This document shows positions 35,069-44,953 of a stretch of 64,000 bases of DNA, piece after piece. Numbering within the stretch: the stretch's first letter is position 1; every line of letters starts with the position of its first letter. Position numbers and translations under genes: made by a program. Source of the DNA: Bacteroidales bacterium (GTDB lineage Bacteria; Bacteroidota; Bacteroidia; Bacteroidales; UBA932); contig JAFVHZ010000103.1 of assembly GCA_017474265.1 (NCBI GenBank), positions 614 to 64,613 of the forward strand, read 5' to 3'. Below the pieces are notes generated by a model that ran no database searches, had not been told where the DNA came from, and saw only the letters and a list, made by a program, of their open reading frames with translations.

Positions 35069-38053
35069 TTAGAAGTTAAGTTTAAGACCAAGCACGTATG
35101 TTCTTGGGCGTGGGTAAAGGTTGTTGTCGATACCTCCGTAAACCTCAGGGTCAAGTCCGTCATACTTTGTGAATGTGCATACATTCTGTACTGTTGCAAA
35201 TATATTGAGACCAAGTTTGCGGTCATCTATGCCCTTGTAGAGGTTAGGGAATGTGTATCCGAGAGTTACGTTGTCAATCTTGAAGAAAGATCCGTCCCTT
35301 ACATAGTAGTCAGAAAGATACTGAGCCTTCTGGAAGAGAGAGAACGCAGCGGAATTGAGACGGTTGCTGTTGAAACTGTTGGTCCAGCAGTCAGCGATCA
35401 TTTCACCGTCAGATGCAACGTTGTTGTATACCCAATTGCCGATGCTGCCATGTCCTGAAGCAGCAAGTGTCCAGTTCTTGTAAGTCAATGTGGTGTTGAA
35501 ACCGAGTGTGACATCTGCTGATGGCTTGTGATAGAAATATCTGTCATCTGCAGTGATAGTTCCGTTTCCGTCACGGTCAACATACTCACCTTCGATAGGA
35601 TGTCCGTTCTGGTCGTAAACCTGCTCATACACATAGAATGCGCTTACAGGGAAACCTACCTGGTGCATCTGGATAGTGTTACCTACACCACCTGAGATAC
35701 CACCAGTAGCAACACCGGTCTTGTCATTTGGAGTTGCAGTAAGTTTTGTGAACTTGGTGTTGTTGTAAGCCATGTTACCTCCGATAGACCATGTCCAGTT
35801 CTCATTGTCGATTGCCATTGCATTGAACTCGAACTCGACACCCTTGCTCACGAGGTTACCGATGTTCACGTTAAGGTAGTTTGTAAGGTTGCCCAACGCA
35901 GGAACAGGGATGTTGTTGATCAGGTCAGAAACCTCACGCTGATACACATCGAATCCCATTGTGATGCGGTCATTGAGGAAACCGAAATCCATACCGACGT
36001 TCATTGTGGTTGTTGTCTCCCACTTGAGGTCAGAGTTGTATCCGATAGCTGTTACAGGCTTGATGAGTTGTCCGCCGAACATATAGTATGAACCGAGGTC
36101 GTTATTATAGAATGTAGGCTGTGACTCATAACGTCCTACAACGTCCTGGTTACCGGTCTGTCCCCAAGAAAGACGGAGTTTCATGGTGGTGAGGACATCG
36201 TTGTCCTTGAGGAAGCCTTCGTTTGCGATATTCCATCCGAGAGCGACTGATGGGAAGAGACCCCACTTGTTGTTCACGAACTTTGAAGAACCGTCACGAC
36301 GGAGGGTTGCAGTAAGCATATATCTGTTGTCATAACTGTAGTTTACACGACCGAAGAATGACACGAGATAAAGTTCAGACTTAGGGGTCTTGTACTCTGC
36401 GAGTACTGCGCCATCACTGAGTTTGTTCGAGAAGTTCGAAGAAGCATTGTAGAAACGCTGCCATGAATAACCGAGCATTGCATCCACATGATGCTTGTTG
36501 ATGTCCTTGTTGTATGCCACATAAGCCTCGAGGGTCTGGTCGAGACGAGTGTATGTGTACTCGCTATGGTAACCCGATCCTGACTGCTGAGTATCATGGA
36601 TTGACTGTTCTGATCCGATAGGAGTCTCTGAGTATCCGCCTGAACTTGCATAGTCGATACCGAGGTTCACGTTCACCCTGAGGTCCTCGAATCCGTGAAT
36701 CTTGTAGTCGAACTGTGCGTTACCGATGAAACGGTTTGCAGTAGACTTGTCCTTCTTGTCATAGAGGAGAGCAACCGGGTTCATGGTAGCCATCGTATTG
36801 GCTTCACCGTTGTCAGCAAACCATGTGTAATAGCCGTTGATACCATTCTTGTCGTAAACAGGAAGAGTCGGGTTCATACGGTTTGCAGCGCCGATTGCAC
36901 TCTGGTTAGCCCATCTGTTGCTTGAGAATACACCCTTTGCATTGAGGTTCACTGTGAGGTGATCGTCAAGGAATGAAGGAGAGAGGTTTGCCGACCATGT
37001 AGCACGGTTCATGTGGTCAGTCTTAAGGACTCCGTCCTGAGCAAGGAAACCTGCTGAAACACGCCAAGGGAACACACCGGCATCACCCATTGTAGCACGG
37101 CCTGCAAGGCTGATGTTTGCTTCGTATGCAGGAGCCACCTGATAGATTTCCTTCTGCCAGTTGGTATCTGCTGTGCCCATTGCATTCATCGCATCTGCAG
37201 AAACCTTTCCTGCATCGACCTGAGACTGTACGAATGCCTTGTATGTGGCGGCATCCATCACGTCCACATAATCACTTACGTGGCTGACAGAGGTCTTGAA
37301 ATCAAAGTTAATCTGAGGGACCTCTGAAACAGTCCTTGCACCCTTCTTTGTAGTGATGACGATGACACCGTTTGACGCACGCGAACCGTAGATTGCAGTT
37401 GCAGAAGCATCCTTGAGCACTGAGAAAGACTCGATGTCGTTAGGGTTGATTGACGACAGCACGTCACCCATACCGCTGATACCGTCGTTACTTACAGGGA
37501 GACCGTCCACGATGATGAGAGGGTCCGAACTGATCATTGATGACTCACCGCGGATACGGATCTTTGCACCAGCACCTGGCTGACCGCTTCCCGGAGTCAC
37601 AACCACACCGGCAGACTTACCCTTGAGGAGGTCTGTAGGAGTTGATATCATACCCTTGTTGATCTCATCAGCCTTCACTGTGCCGACCGATCCTGTCATG
37701 TCACCTTTCTTCACTGTACCGTAACCGATCACCACAACATCATCAAGGAACATTGCGTCCTCTCCAAGAGTGATGGTCGCAGGCATCTGTGATGCAACGA
37801 AAGTCTGTGATGCGTAACCGATGCAACTGATCTCGATCACTGCATCAGCGCTAGAAACAGTAAGGACATAGTCGCCGTCCAGACCGGTCGAAGTACCGTT
37901 TGTGGTACCCTGCTCGATGACTGAAGCACCGATTACAGGACCGATTGCGTCAACAACTACTCCTTTCACCTCGTATCCGCCCTGAGCGAATACAGACGCA
38001 CCCATTATGCACGATAGCAGCAGGGATGCGCATAGCGTCATGATTCTATTCAT
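35069..38053 (-). CDS. susC: SusC family TonB-dependent transporter (copy 1)
   Basis: VVVIGYG, KIRIRG, LKDASATAIYGSRASNGVIVITTKKG, LKWETT and C-terminal YPRPRTYVLGLKLNF. Confidence 0.95.
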   Translation of the reverse strand: MNRIMTLCASLLLSCIMGASVFAQGGYEVKGVVVDAIGPVIGASVIEQGTTNGTSTGLDGDYVLTVSSADAVIEISCIGYASQTFVASQMPATITLGEDAMFLDDVVVIGYGTVKKGDMTGSVGTVKADEINKGMISTPTDLLKGKSAGVVVTPGSGQPGAGAKIRIRGESSMISSDPLIIVDGLPVSNDGISGMGDVLSSINPNDIESFSVLKDASATAIYGSRASNGVIVITTKKGARTVSEVPQINFDFKTSVSHVSDYVDVMDAATYKAFVQSQVDAGKVSADAMNAMGTADTNWQKEIYQVAPAYEANISLAGRATMGDAGVFPWRVSAGFLAQDGVLKTDHMNRATWSANLSPSFLDDHLTVNLNAKGVFSSNRWANQSAIGAANRMNPTLPVYDKNGINGYYTWFADNGEANTMATMNPVALLYDKKDKSTANRFIGNAQFDYKIHGFEDLRVNVNLGIDYASSGGYSETPIGSEQSIHDTQQSGSGYHSEYTYTRLDQTLEAYVAYNKDINKHHVDAMLGYSWQRFYNASSNFSNKLSDGAVLAEYKTPKSELYLVSFFGRVNYSYDNRYMLTATLRRDGSSKFVNNKWGLFPSVALGWNIANEGFLKDNDVLTTMKLRLSWGQTGNQDVVGRYESQPTFYNNDLGSYYMFGGQLIKPVTAIGYNSDLKWETTTTMNVGMDFGFLNDRITMGFDVYQREVSDLINNIPVPALGNLTNYLNVNIGNLVSKGVEFEFNAMAIDNENWTWSIGGNMAYNNTKFTKLTATPNDKTGVATGGISGGVGNTIQMHQVGFPVSAFYVYEQVYDQNGHPIEGEYVDRDGNGTITADDRYFYHKPSADVTLGFNTTLTYKNWTLAASGHGSIGNWVYNNVASDGEMIADCWTNSFNSNRLNSAAFSLFQKAQYLSDYYVRDGSFFKIDNVTLGYTFPNLYKGIDDRKLGLNIFATVQNVCTFTKYDGLDPEVYGGIDNNLYPRPRTYVLGLKLNF

Positions 38054-38100
38054 AAGAATTTTGTTTGGTTAGTAGATTGTTTGTTGATTTATGATTGTCT

Positions 38101-39402
38101 TTATTTCTTTTCCTTCACGAAGTAAACGGAAAGCGCTCCCAGTACCAGAAGCACAGCAGCGACAACGAACATGCTTACCTGCGCTCCTCCGACCATCTTA
38201 AGCACGAAACCTCCGCAGGCAGCAGCAACGATCTGTGGTATGCAGATGGTGCCGTTGAACAGGCCGAGATATGTGCCGATGTGCTTGCCGGAGAGCGAGT
38301 TGGTAAGAAGGGTGAACGGAATGGCCAGCATGGCAGCCCAAGCCGCTCCGATAAGGAGGAACGAAACGATGAGGAGATACTGGTCATGAATGAAGAATAC
38401 CGAAAGGAAGCCGAGGGCTCCGACAAGAAGGCTCACGACATATGCAGTCTTGATGTTCTTGAACTTAGGGATAAGAAGCGCCCAGAGCATCGATCCGATG
38501 GCCTGTACCGCGAACATCATTCCGACCCAGTTTCCAGCGGTCTGATAGCCTGCAGAAGTCACGTCTGTAGTGCCCCATACGGTATCGGCGATAGCACCGT
38601 TGGTATATGTCCACATGTAAAGGAAAGCCGCCCAGCAGAAGAACTGCACGATGCCGACTGTCCAGAAGGTCTTCGGAGCATCTTTCAGCAGTGTAAGCAT
38701 GCCCGGAGCCTTCTCTTCCTTCTTTTCAGGGTCGATGCCGTGGAATTCGGCATATTCCTTCGGAGGCATCTCCTTGACCTTGAAGGTCGTGAAGAGGACG
38801 CAGAGGATGAGGATGGCTGCACCGATGTAGAAAGCATACTTCACTGTGTCAGGAACCTGTCCCTCTGGTGCAGTGTTGGCAATGCCGATCCATGCGAACA
38901 CGAACGGGAACACATAGCCCACGAGGCTTCCTGCATTGCAGAGAAAACTCTGGATGGAGTATGCCTGAGCCTTCTGTTCTTCGTTCACCATGTCGCCCAC
39001 AAGCATCTTGAACGGCTGCATCGCCACATTGATAGATGTGTCAAGAAGCATGAGAGAGATGAGGCCGAAGATCATGGCACCACCTACTGCGAGACCGAAG
39101 TTGCCTGCGTTCGGAAGCATGCACATCACAAGGATGGCAATGATGGACCCGAGGAAGAGATAAGGAATCCTGCGTCCGAGACGTGTCCATGTCCTGTCGC
39201 TGTATTTTCCGACAAGCGGCTGTACGATCAGGCCCATGAGCGGCGGCAGAATCCAGAAGAAACTGAGATTGTGAGGATCCGCTCCAAGAGTCGCAAAGAT
39301 GCGGCTGATGTTGGCGTTCTGAAGGGAATATGCAATCTGGACTCCGAAGAATCCGAAACTGATGTTCCACATCTGCCAGAATGTAAGTTTCGTTTTTTGC
39401 AT
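38101..39402 (-). CDS. MFS (GPH/SLC45-like) maltose/maltodextrin transporter
   Basis: WNISFGFFGVQ, QPLVGKYSD, GRRIPY, NVAMQPF and GLFNGTICIPQ; about 12 TM helices; first gene of the leftward operon. Confidence 0.88.
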   Translation of the reverse strand: MQKTKLTFWQMWNISFGFFGVQIAYSLQNANISRIFATLGADPHNLSFFWILPPLMGLIVQPLVGKYSDRTWTRLGRRIPYLFLGSIIAILVMCMLPNAGNFGLAVGGAMIFGLISLMLLDTSINVAMQPFKMLVGDMVNEEQKAQAYSIQSFLCNAGSLVGYVFPFVFAWIGIANTAPEGQVPDTVKYAFYIGAAILILCVLFTTFKVKEMPPKEYAEFHGIDPEKKEEKAPGMLTLLKDAPKTFWTVGIVQFFCWAAFLYMWTYTNGAIADTVWGTTDVTSAGYQTAGNWVGMMFAVQAIGSMLWALLIPKFKNIKTAYVVSLLVGALGFLSVFFIHDQYLLIVSFLLIGAAWAAMLAIPFTLLTNSLSGKHIGTYLGLFNGTICIPQIVAAACGGFVLKMVGGAQVSMFVVAAVLLVLGALSVYFVKEKK

Positions 39403-39487
39403 TTTTATGCGGTTTTGGTTACTGTTTGTTCGTGTCAATAAGTCCGTAAATTTATAACTTTAATTTTATACCTTGTATAAATTGAAA

Positions 39488-39538
39488 GACGAACGGTCCG
39501 AAGAAACTGACGAACGGTCGGTTTTTTAGGACGAATTA
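39488..39538 (-). promoter_or_regulatory. Three direct repeats at 21-bp period (GACCGTTCGTC x2 + TAATTCGTC); candidate LytTR boxes
   Basis: GACGAA starts at 39488, 39509 and 39530, between the MFS-sus operon and the LytS/LytTR genes. Confidence 0.78.
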
Positions 39539-39594
39539 TACCTATATGATTGGATAATCGGGCCTTTTTTCCTATCTTCGGTCCTGAATTCAGC

Positions 39595-40956
39595 ATGATT
39601 CATGGAATGAGACCTATTAGACTATCCTGGATTATACATATATTTGCCATACTGCATGCAGCCGTCGCTCTCGGCTGCCGTTTTGCAGGCATAGATGACC
39701 AGTTGCTGCTGACGATTCTTACCATGGCCCTGTCCCTGATAATCTGTATGAAGATGGGGCTGAAGATCGAGTTTACGGTTGCCGTGGTGATAACCGTAAA
39801 CATTCTGGGCTTTCTGATAGGCACATGGGGTGCCCGGGTACTCCAATCATTGATTCACTCCGAACATGTAGTACACTGTCTGTCGACATTCGTGACAACA
39901 GAAATCCTAGGATGGTGCATTGTTGCCATATCCAACATCTTCAGACAGAAGAATGACAGGAACGAGCAGGTCAAGTCGTCACCATATATGAAATGGCTTC
40001 TGCTTACGGCATCTGCCATTTTCTTCATGCGCCTTCTTATCGTCCTCTTCATGTCAAAGTCCACATTCGAGCAGGAGGAGATCTTCGATATGGTAGGAAA
40101 GGTGACCGGAAACACATTTTCGCTGATTATTCTCATTTGCGTCAATGTGCTGTTTGTCAGGTCATTGGCAAGCAGAGACAAGAAGCCGTCAAGACTCAGC
40201 ACAATCTTTCTTTATGTCAGTTTCATGCTTCTTTCCACCATGCTCGAAGTTTTCCTTGTGGGAATAGAGGAGGAGAGATTCATGCCGATCTTTACCGTTT
40301 CATTCATAATCCAGATTACGGTCTACTGCATAGTCTACATCATCAATTATGCGCTCACTGCACGTAGTGAGATGCAGGTCGAAAGGGAAAAGGCAAACAT
40401 GGCGCAGTACAGGTATGTCAAACTCAAGAGACAGGTCAATCCTCATTTCCTCTTCAATTCCCTGAACATACTCGACTGCCTGATATGCGAGGAAAAGATC
40501 GAACAGGCCAGCGTATATACCCACAAACTCGCAGGACTATACAGATACATGATCAAAAGCGAAGACGAAGATGTGGTTCCTTTGAGGGAAGAACTTTCGT
40601 TCGTCAACCAATATGTGGATCTTCTGAAGGTGCGGTTCCCTGAAGGGTTCGAGGTCAGGATAGATGTGGACGAGGAACTTATGACAAGGTATGTCCCGCC
40701 TTGCTCCCTGCAGTTACTGATAGAAAACGCAACAAAACATAATACTGTGAGCATCGACAATCCGCTGATCGTCAATGTCTCATCTGAAGGTGAATCCATC
40801 AGGGTCAGCAATAACGTCATCCCGAAGATGACCCAGGCGACATCTACCGGACTCGGGCAGAACTACATCAGGCAACTGTATCTGGACCTTTCCGGCAAGG
40901 CTATTGCCATAGACAAGACCGATGACAATTATTCTGTGACCCTGCCATTATTGTGA
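39595..40956 (+). CDS. LytS/YehU-family membrane sensor histidine kinase
   Basis: LKRQVNPHFLFNSLN H-box, LQLLIENATKH N-box and STGLG; many N-terminal TM helices. Start uncertain (39550/39595/39607). Confidence 0.9.
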   Translation: MIHGMRPIRLSWIIHIFAILHAAVALGCRFAGIDDQLLLTILTMALSLIICMKMGLKIEFTVAVVITVNILGFLIGTWGARVLQSLIHSEHVVHCLSTFVTTEILGWCIVAISNIFRQKNDRNEQVKSSPYMKWLLLTASAIFFMRLLIVLFMSKSTFEQEEIFDMVGKVTGNTFSLIILICVNVLFVRSLASRDKKPSRLSTIFLYVSFMLLSTMLEVFLVGIEEERFMPIFTVSFIIQITVYCIVYIINYALTARSEMQVEREKANMAQYRYVKLKRQVNPHFLFNSLNILDCLICEEKIEQASVYTHKLAGLYRYMIKSEDEDVVPLREELSFVNQYVDLLKVRFPEGFEVRIDVDEELMTRYVPPCSLQLLIENATKHNTVSIDNPLIVNVSSEGESIRVSNNVIPKMTQATSTGLGQNYIRQLYLDLSGKAIAIDKTDDNYSVTLPLL

Positions 40957-40963
40957 TATTGAC

Positions 40964-41722
40964 ATGAAAGTTCTGATAGTAGAAGACGAGATCATGGCTC
41001 AGAAGAGCCTGATAAGGACCATTACCCAGAATTTTCCAGACATGGAGATTGCTGGGACAACAAATTCCGTGAAAAGCACAATTGCCTGGTTGAAAGATCC
41101 GGCCAATACCGCAGATATCATATTCATGGATGTGGAACTCTCTGACGGAGAATGCTTTGAGATTTTCCGGCAGCACGACGTCAGGGCCAAGGTCATAATG
41201 ACCACAGCATACGACAGTTACGCAATAAAGGCATTTGAGGCCGGAAGCATCGACTACCTTCTGAAGCCGATCGACATCTCTGCCCTGAAGAGGGCTGTGG
41301 CGAGATGCCGCATGAGCGGAGGAAACATCGATGTGGAGTCTCTATTGAAGAGCATCGGATCCGGTGAAGCGTCAAAGAAAGAATACAAGGAAAGATATAT
41401 AGTCAGATTCAATGACAGGATTGTGCCTCTTGAAACGTCAGAGATAGCCTATGTATATTCTGAGGAAAAGAATAACTACCTTGTCACTTTCGGAGAACAG
41501 CGTTACGTCATAGACTCGTCACTCGACGTCATAGGAGAGGAACTCGATCCTGACAAATTCTTCAGGATATCCCGCAGTTGCATCATTTCCATGAAGGCGA
41601 TAACCAGCATCATCAAGCAGGCCGGAAGCAGGCTCAGGATCATCCCGAAACCTGAAGCATCATTTGAAATGACCGTGAGCCGTTCACGCGTTGACGATTT
41701 CCTGACCTGGCTTGAAAGGTAA
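40964..41722 (+). CDS. LytTR-family response regulator
   Basis: Receiver IVEDE, DVELSDG, TTAYD, YLLKPI; LytTR domain FFRISRSCI, VSRSRV. Confidence 0.93.
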   Translation: MKVLIVEDEIMAQKSLIRTITQNFPDMEIAGTTNSVKSTIAWLKDPANTADIIFMDVELSDGECFEIFRQHDVRAKVIMTTAYDSYAIKAFEAGSIDYLLKPIDISALKRAVARCRMSGGNIDVESLLKSIGSGEASKKEYKERYIVRFNDRIVPLETSEIAYVYSEEKNNYLVTFGEQRYVIDSSLDVIGEELDPDKFFRISRSCIISMKAITSIIKQAGSRLRIIPKPEASFEMTVSRSRVDDFLTWLER

Positions 41723-41772
41723 CACTAAAGGCAGAGTGCATTTTCCTGACAGATTTCTAAAACCAGACCTGA

Positions 41773-41806
41773 GTCATCCGGAGAAACCCGTGTTTTTCCG
41801 GATGAC
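41773..41806. repeat. Hairpin GTCATCCGGAGAAA-N-TTTTTCCGGATGAC (family-A-like singlet or terminator)
   Basis: Stem-loop between the response regulator and the second susC. Confidence 0.55.
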
Positions 41807-41899
41807 CTGTTTTTATTTGGCTCACTGGTCGGGATTTGGTCCGAGGATTGTTTGTAAGGCCGTTTGTAATTTGGAATAATTATAAAATGGCTTACAGAT

Positions 41900-44800
41900 A
41901 TGGACAGATTGATTAACATTTGCACTGCCTTGATACTCTTATGTACGGGCAGTGCTGTTGTCTCGGCCCAGGGCGGATATACGGTGCAGGGAAGCGTAGA
42001 GGATGAATATGGCCCTGTGATCGGTGCGGCAGTGGTCGAGCAGGGAACCTCGAACGGTACGTCCACAGGACCGGACGGAGGGTTCTCCCTGACAGTGTCG
42101 GGCCCTTCAGCGCTTGTGGAAATAAGTTGCATAGGATATTCGAGCCAGGTCTTCGAGGCTGCCCTTGTTCCCCAGACGGTGACCTTGAAGGAAGACTCCG
42201 AGTATCTGGACGAAGTGGTGGTGATCGGTTACGGAACCGTGAAGAAGGACGACATGACCGGCTCGATCACGGCTATCAAGGCCGAGGACCTGAACAGAGG
42301 TGCTGTGGTCAATACCCAGGACATGCTCAAGGGAAAGGTTGCCGGACTTCTTGTGACTCCCGGTGACGGAGGTCCGGGTTCAGGATCGCGCATCCGCATC
42401 AGAGGCTCGGCATCCCTGAACGCCTCCAACGACCCTCTGATAGTCATAGACGGAGTCCCGATAGCGCAGGGTGCAGGTGGGGCCATGTCAAATCCCTTGG
42501 ACCTTCTGAATCCAAATGACATCGAATCATTCTCGGTGCTGAAGGATGCGTCTGCTGCCGCCATCTACGGCTCCAGGGCATCCAACGGTGTGATCATCAT
42601 CACTACCAAGAAAGGCAAAGGAAGCAGGCCTCAGGTAGCCTACAGCGGCTCCGTAAGTGTGCAGCGCATATCCGGGAAGGTTCCAGTGATGTCAGCATCG
42701 GAACTGAGGGATTTCTATACGAAGGTCTATCCGGCAGGCACCGCCACCGGTGACAGGATTGCTGAACTTACAGGCAACTCAGATACAGACTGGCAAGACC
42801 TTGTGTTCCGTACCGCGCTTGCCACAGAGCATAATATAAGCATATATGGAAACTACAGGAACCGGATGCCGTACAGGGCGTCTGCTGCCTACCTAGGTCA
42901 GCAGGGAACCCTGAAGGAATCCTCATACGACAGAGGAACTGTCGATTTCAGTCTTACGCCGGACTTCCTTGACAAACATCTGTCTGTGGACATCAGCGCA
43001 AAAGGAGTCTATTCATATTCCGACTATGCAGACGGAGGTACGGTAGGACGTGCGGCATTCTTCAATCCTACTATGGACCCGTACTGGCGCAATGCTGACG
43101 GCTCGATAGACTATACGACCACCAACGGATATTGGAATTACGGGAACGGCCGCGGAGAGGCATTCACGCCCAATACCCTCGTAGGTCCTAGTCCTCTTTC
43201 GCAACTTTATGACAATATCAGTGATGCCCGTTCGTCACGGTTCATCGGCAGGATGGCCGTGGATTACAAGATCCATGGCTTCGAGGCTCTTAGGGTCAAT
43301 GTCAGCGCAGGGCTTGACTTTACCGGGACCGATTCCTACAACGGAGTCCGCCCGGGGTCGTTCCAGGCATATTCTGACACCGACAACCTGCGCATCGGAC
43401 AGCATACGAAAGGCCGTCACATAAGCAGGAGCCGGATCTTCGAGGCCTATGCAGACTACAATGAGACCTGGGGTGTCCACAATCTTGACGTCATGGCCGG
43501 ATATTCATGGCAGAACAGCTACAGGGCGAACCGCAGCGTGACCTATTTCAACATCACCGATGAAGTCAACCTCAATCCGGGTGAGACCCCTGAGTCCAGA
43601 TATCTCTGGTACAGGAATGAGAATTACCTTGTGTCATTCTACGGCAGGGTCAATTACTCTCTCGATTCAAGATATGTCTTCACCTTCACGGCGCGTGCTG
43701 ACGGATCGAGCAAGTTCGCCAAGGCCCACAGGTGGGGATTCTTCCCTTCGGGAGCCTTCGCATGGAACATCAAGCACGAGCCTTTCCTGAAGGATGTGAA
43801 GGAGGTGTCCACACTCAAGTTGCGACTGTCGGCAGGACTTACAGGCCAGCAGGACGGCATAGGAGACTATGTCCACCTTGCCCGGTACAATATCTCCAAC
43901 AATCCGTCATATACCTACAACATGGGCACAGGGTTCGTCGATCCGATGACCCCTCAGGCCTATGACCCGACCATCAGGTGGGAGACCACCATGACATGGA
44001 ACGCCGGAATCGACTTCGGATTCTTCGACGACCGTCTGTCAGGAAGCATAGATGCCTATCTCCGGGATACCAGGGACCTTCTGAACTCTGTACAGGTGCC
44101 TATGGGGTCCAATTTCGGCAACCGTCTGATGACAAACATCGGCTCCATACGCAACAAGGGACTCGAATTCTCCATCAGCGGAGTGCCTGTCCAGACCGGT
44201 GACTGGAGTGTGCAGGTGGGCTTCAACGGAACCTTCCAGGACACGAAGTTCACGAAATTGAATCCTACAGACGACAGGAATTATTATATAGAGACCGGCA
44301 GTATATCGAAGGGAACCGGAGGCTTCCTGTGCCGTCAGATGACGGGGTATGCTCCGTATACATATTATCTGTACAAGCAGAAATACGATGCCGACGGAAG
44401 GCCTCTGCAGAATGAGTTCGTGGACCTCACAGGTGACGGACAGATCACTGAGGCCGATAGATACATGACCGGCAAGAGCGTGTCTCCGAAATTCTTCTAC
44501 GGCCTCAACATGAAGGTGACATGGCGCGACTGGGACTTCGGCCTGAACGGTCACGGTGCGGCAGGGACATGGGTCTTCAACGACTTCGCTTCTGCCAACT
44601 CTACCGCAAGCGTGGACCTGAATGCAGGAAATCTCCCGAACCAGGCCCGTCTTGTCAAGACCACCGGTTTCACGGCGCCGAACAGCGCAAGACAATGGTA
44701 CTCGGACTATTTCCTTGAAAATGCATCCTTCTTCCGTCTCGACGACATCAACCTCGGATATACCTTCCGCGCCATAGGACGGTGGGAGACTGATATCCGT

Positions 44801-44941
44801 CTGGCCCTTGGAATGCAGAATGTGTTCATCCTGACAGGTTACAGCGGGGCGGACCCTGAAGTGGTATCGGAGACAGGTATAGACGGCACCATGTGGCCTC
44901 GTCCACGTACATGGTCCCTCCGTGTCAATGTGAACTTTTAA
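41900..44941 (+). CDS. susC: SusC family TonB-dependent transporter (copy 2)
   Basis: EVVVIGYG, IRIRGSASL, LKDASAAAIYGSRASNGVIIITTKKG and C-terminal WPRPRTWSLRVNVNF. Confidence 0.95.
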   Translation: MDRLINICTALILLCTGSAVVSAQGGYTVQGSVEDEYGPVIGAAVVEQGTSNGTSTGPDGGFSLTVSGPSALVEISCIGYSSQVFEAALVPQTVTLKEDSEYLDEVVVIGYGTVKKDDMTGSITAIKAEDLNRGAVVNTQDMLKGKVAGLLVTPGDGGPGSGSRIRIRGSASLNASNDPLIVIDGVPIAQGAGGAMSNPLDLLNPNDIESFSVLKDASAAAIYGSRASNGVIIITTKKGKGSRPQVAYSGSVSVQRISGKVPVMSASELRDFYTKVYPAGTATGDRIAELTGNSDTDWQDLVFRTALATEHNISIYGNYRNRMPYRASAAYLGQQGTLKESSYDRGTVDFSLTPDFLDKHLSVDISAKGVYSYSDYADGGTVGRAAFFNPTMDPYWRNADGSIDYTTTNGYWNYGNGRGEAFTPNTLVGPSPLSQLYDNISDARSSRFIGRMAVDYKIHGFEALRVNVSAGLDFTGTDSYNGVRPGSFQAYSDTDNLRIGQHTKGRHISRSRIFEAYADYNETWGVHNLDVMAGYSWQNSYRANRSVTYFNITDEVNLNPGETPESRYLWYRNENYLVSFYGRVNYSLDSRYVFTFTARADGSSKFAKAHRWGFFPSGAFAWNIKHEPFLKDVKEVSTLKLRLSAGLTGQQDGIGDYVHLARYNISNNPSYTYNMGTGFVDPMTPQAYDPTIRWETTMTWNAGIDFGFFDDRLSGSIDAYLRDTRDLLNSVQVPMGSNFGNRLMTNIGSIRNKGLEFSISGVPVQTGDWSVQVGFNGTFQDTKFTKLNPTDDRNYYIETGSISKGTGGFLCRQMTGYAPYTYYLYKQKYDADGRPLQNEFVDLTGDGQITEADRYMTGKSVSPKFFYGLNMKVTWRDWDFGLNGHGAAGTWVFNDFASANSTASVDLNAGNLPNQARLVKTTGFTAPNSARQWYSDYFLENASFFRLDDINLGYTFRAIGRWETDIRLALGMQNVFILTGYSGADPEVVSETGIDGTMWPRPRTWSLRVNVNF

Positions 44942-44953
44942 ACCGACAAAAAA

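Noticed and set aside
38095-39441. 448-aa plus-strand ORF
   Set aside because: Mirror of the MFS transporter on the opposite strand; not protein-like.
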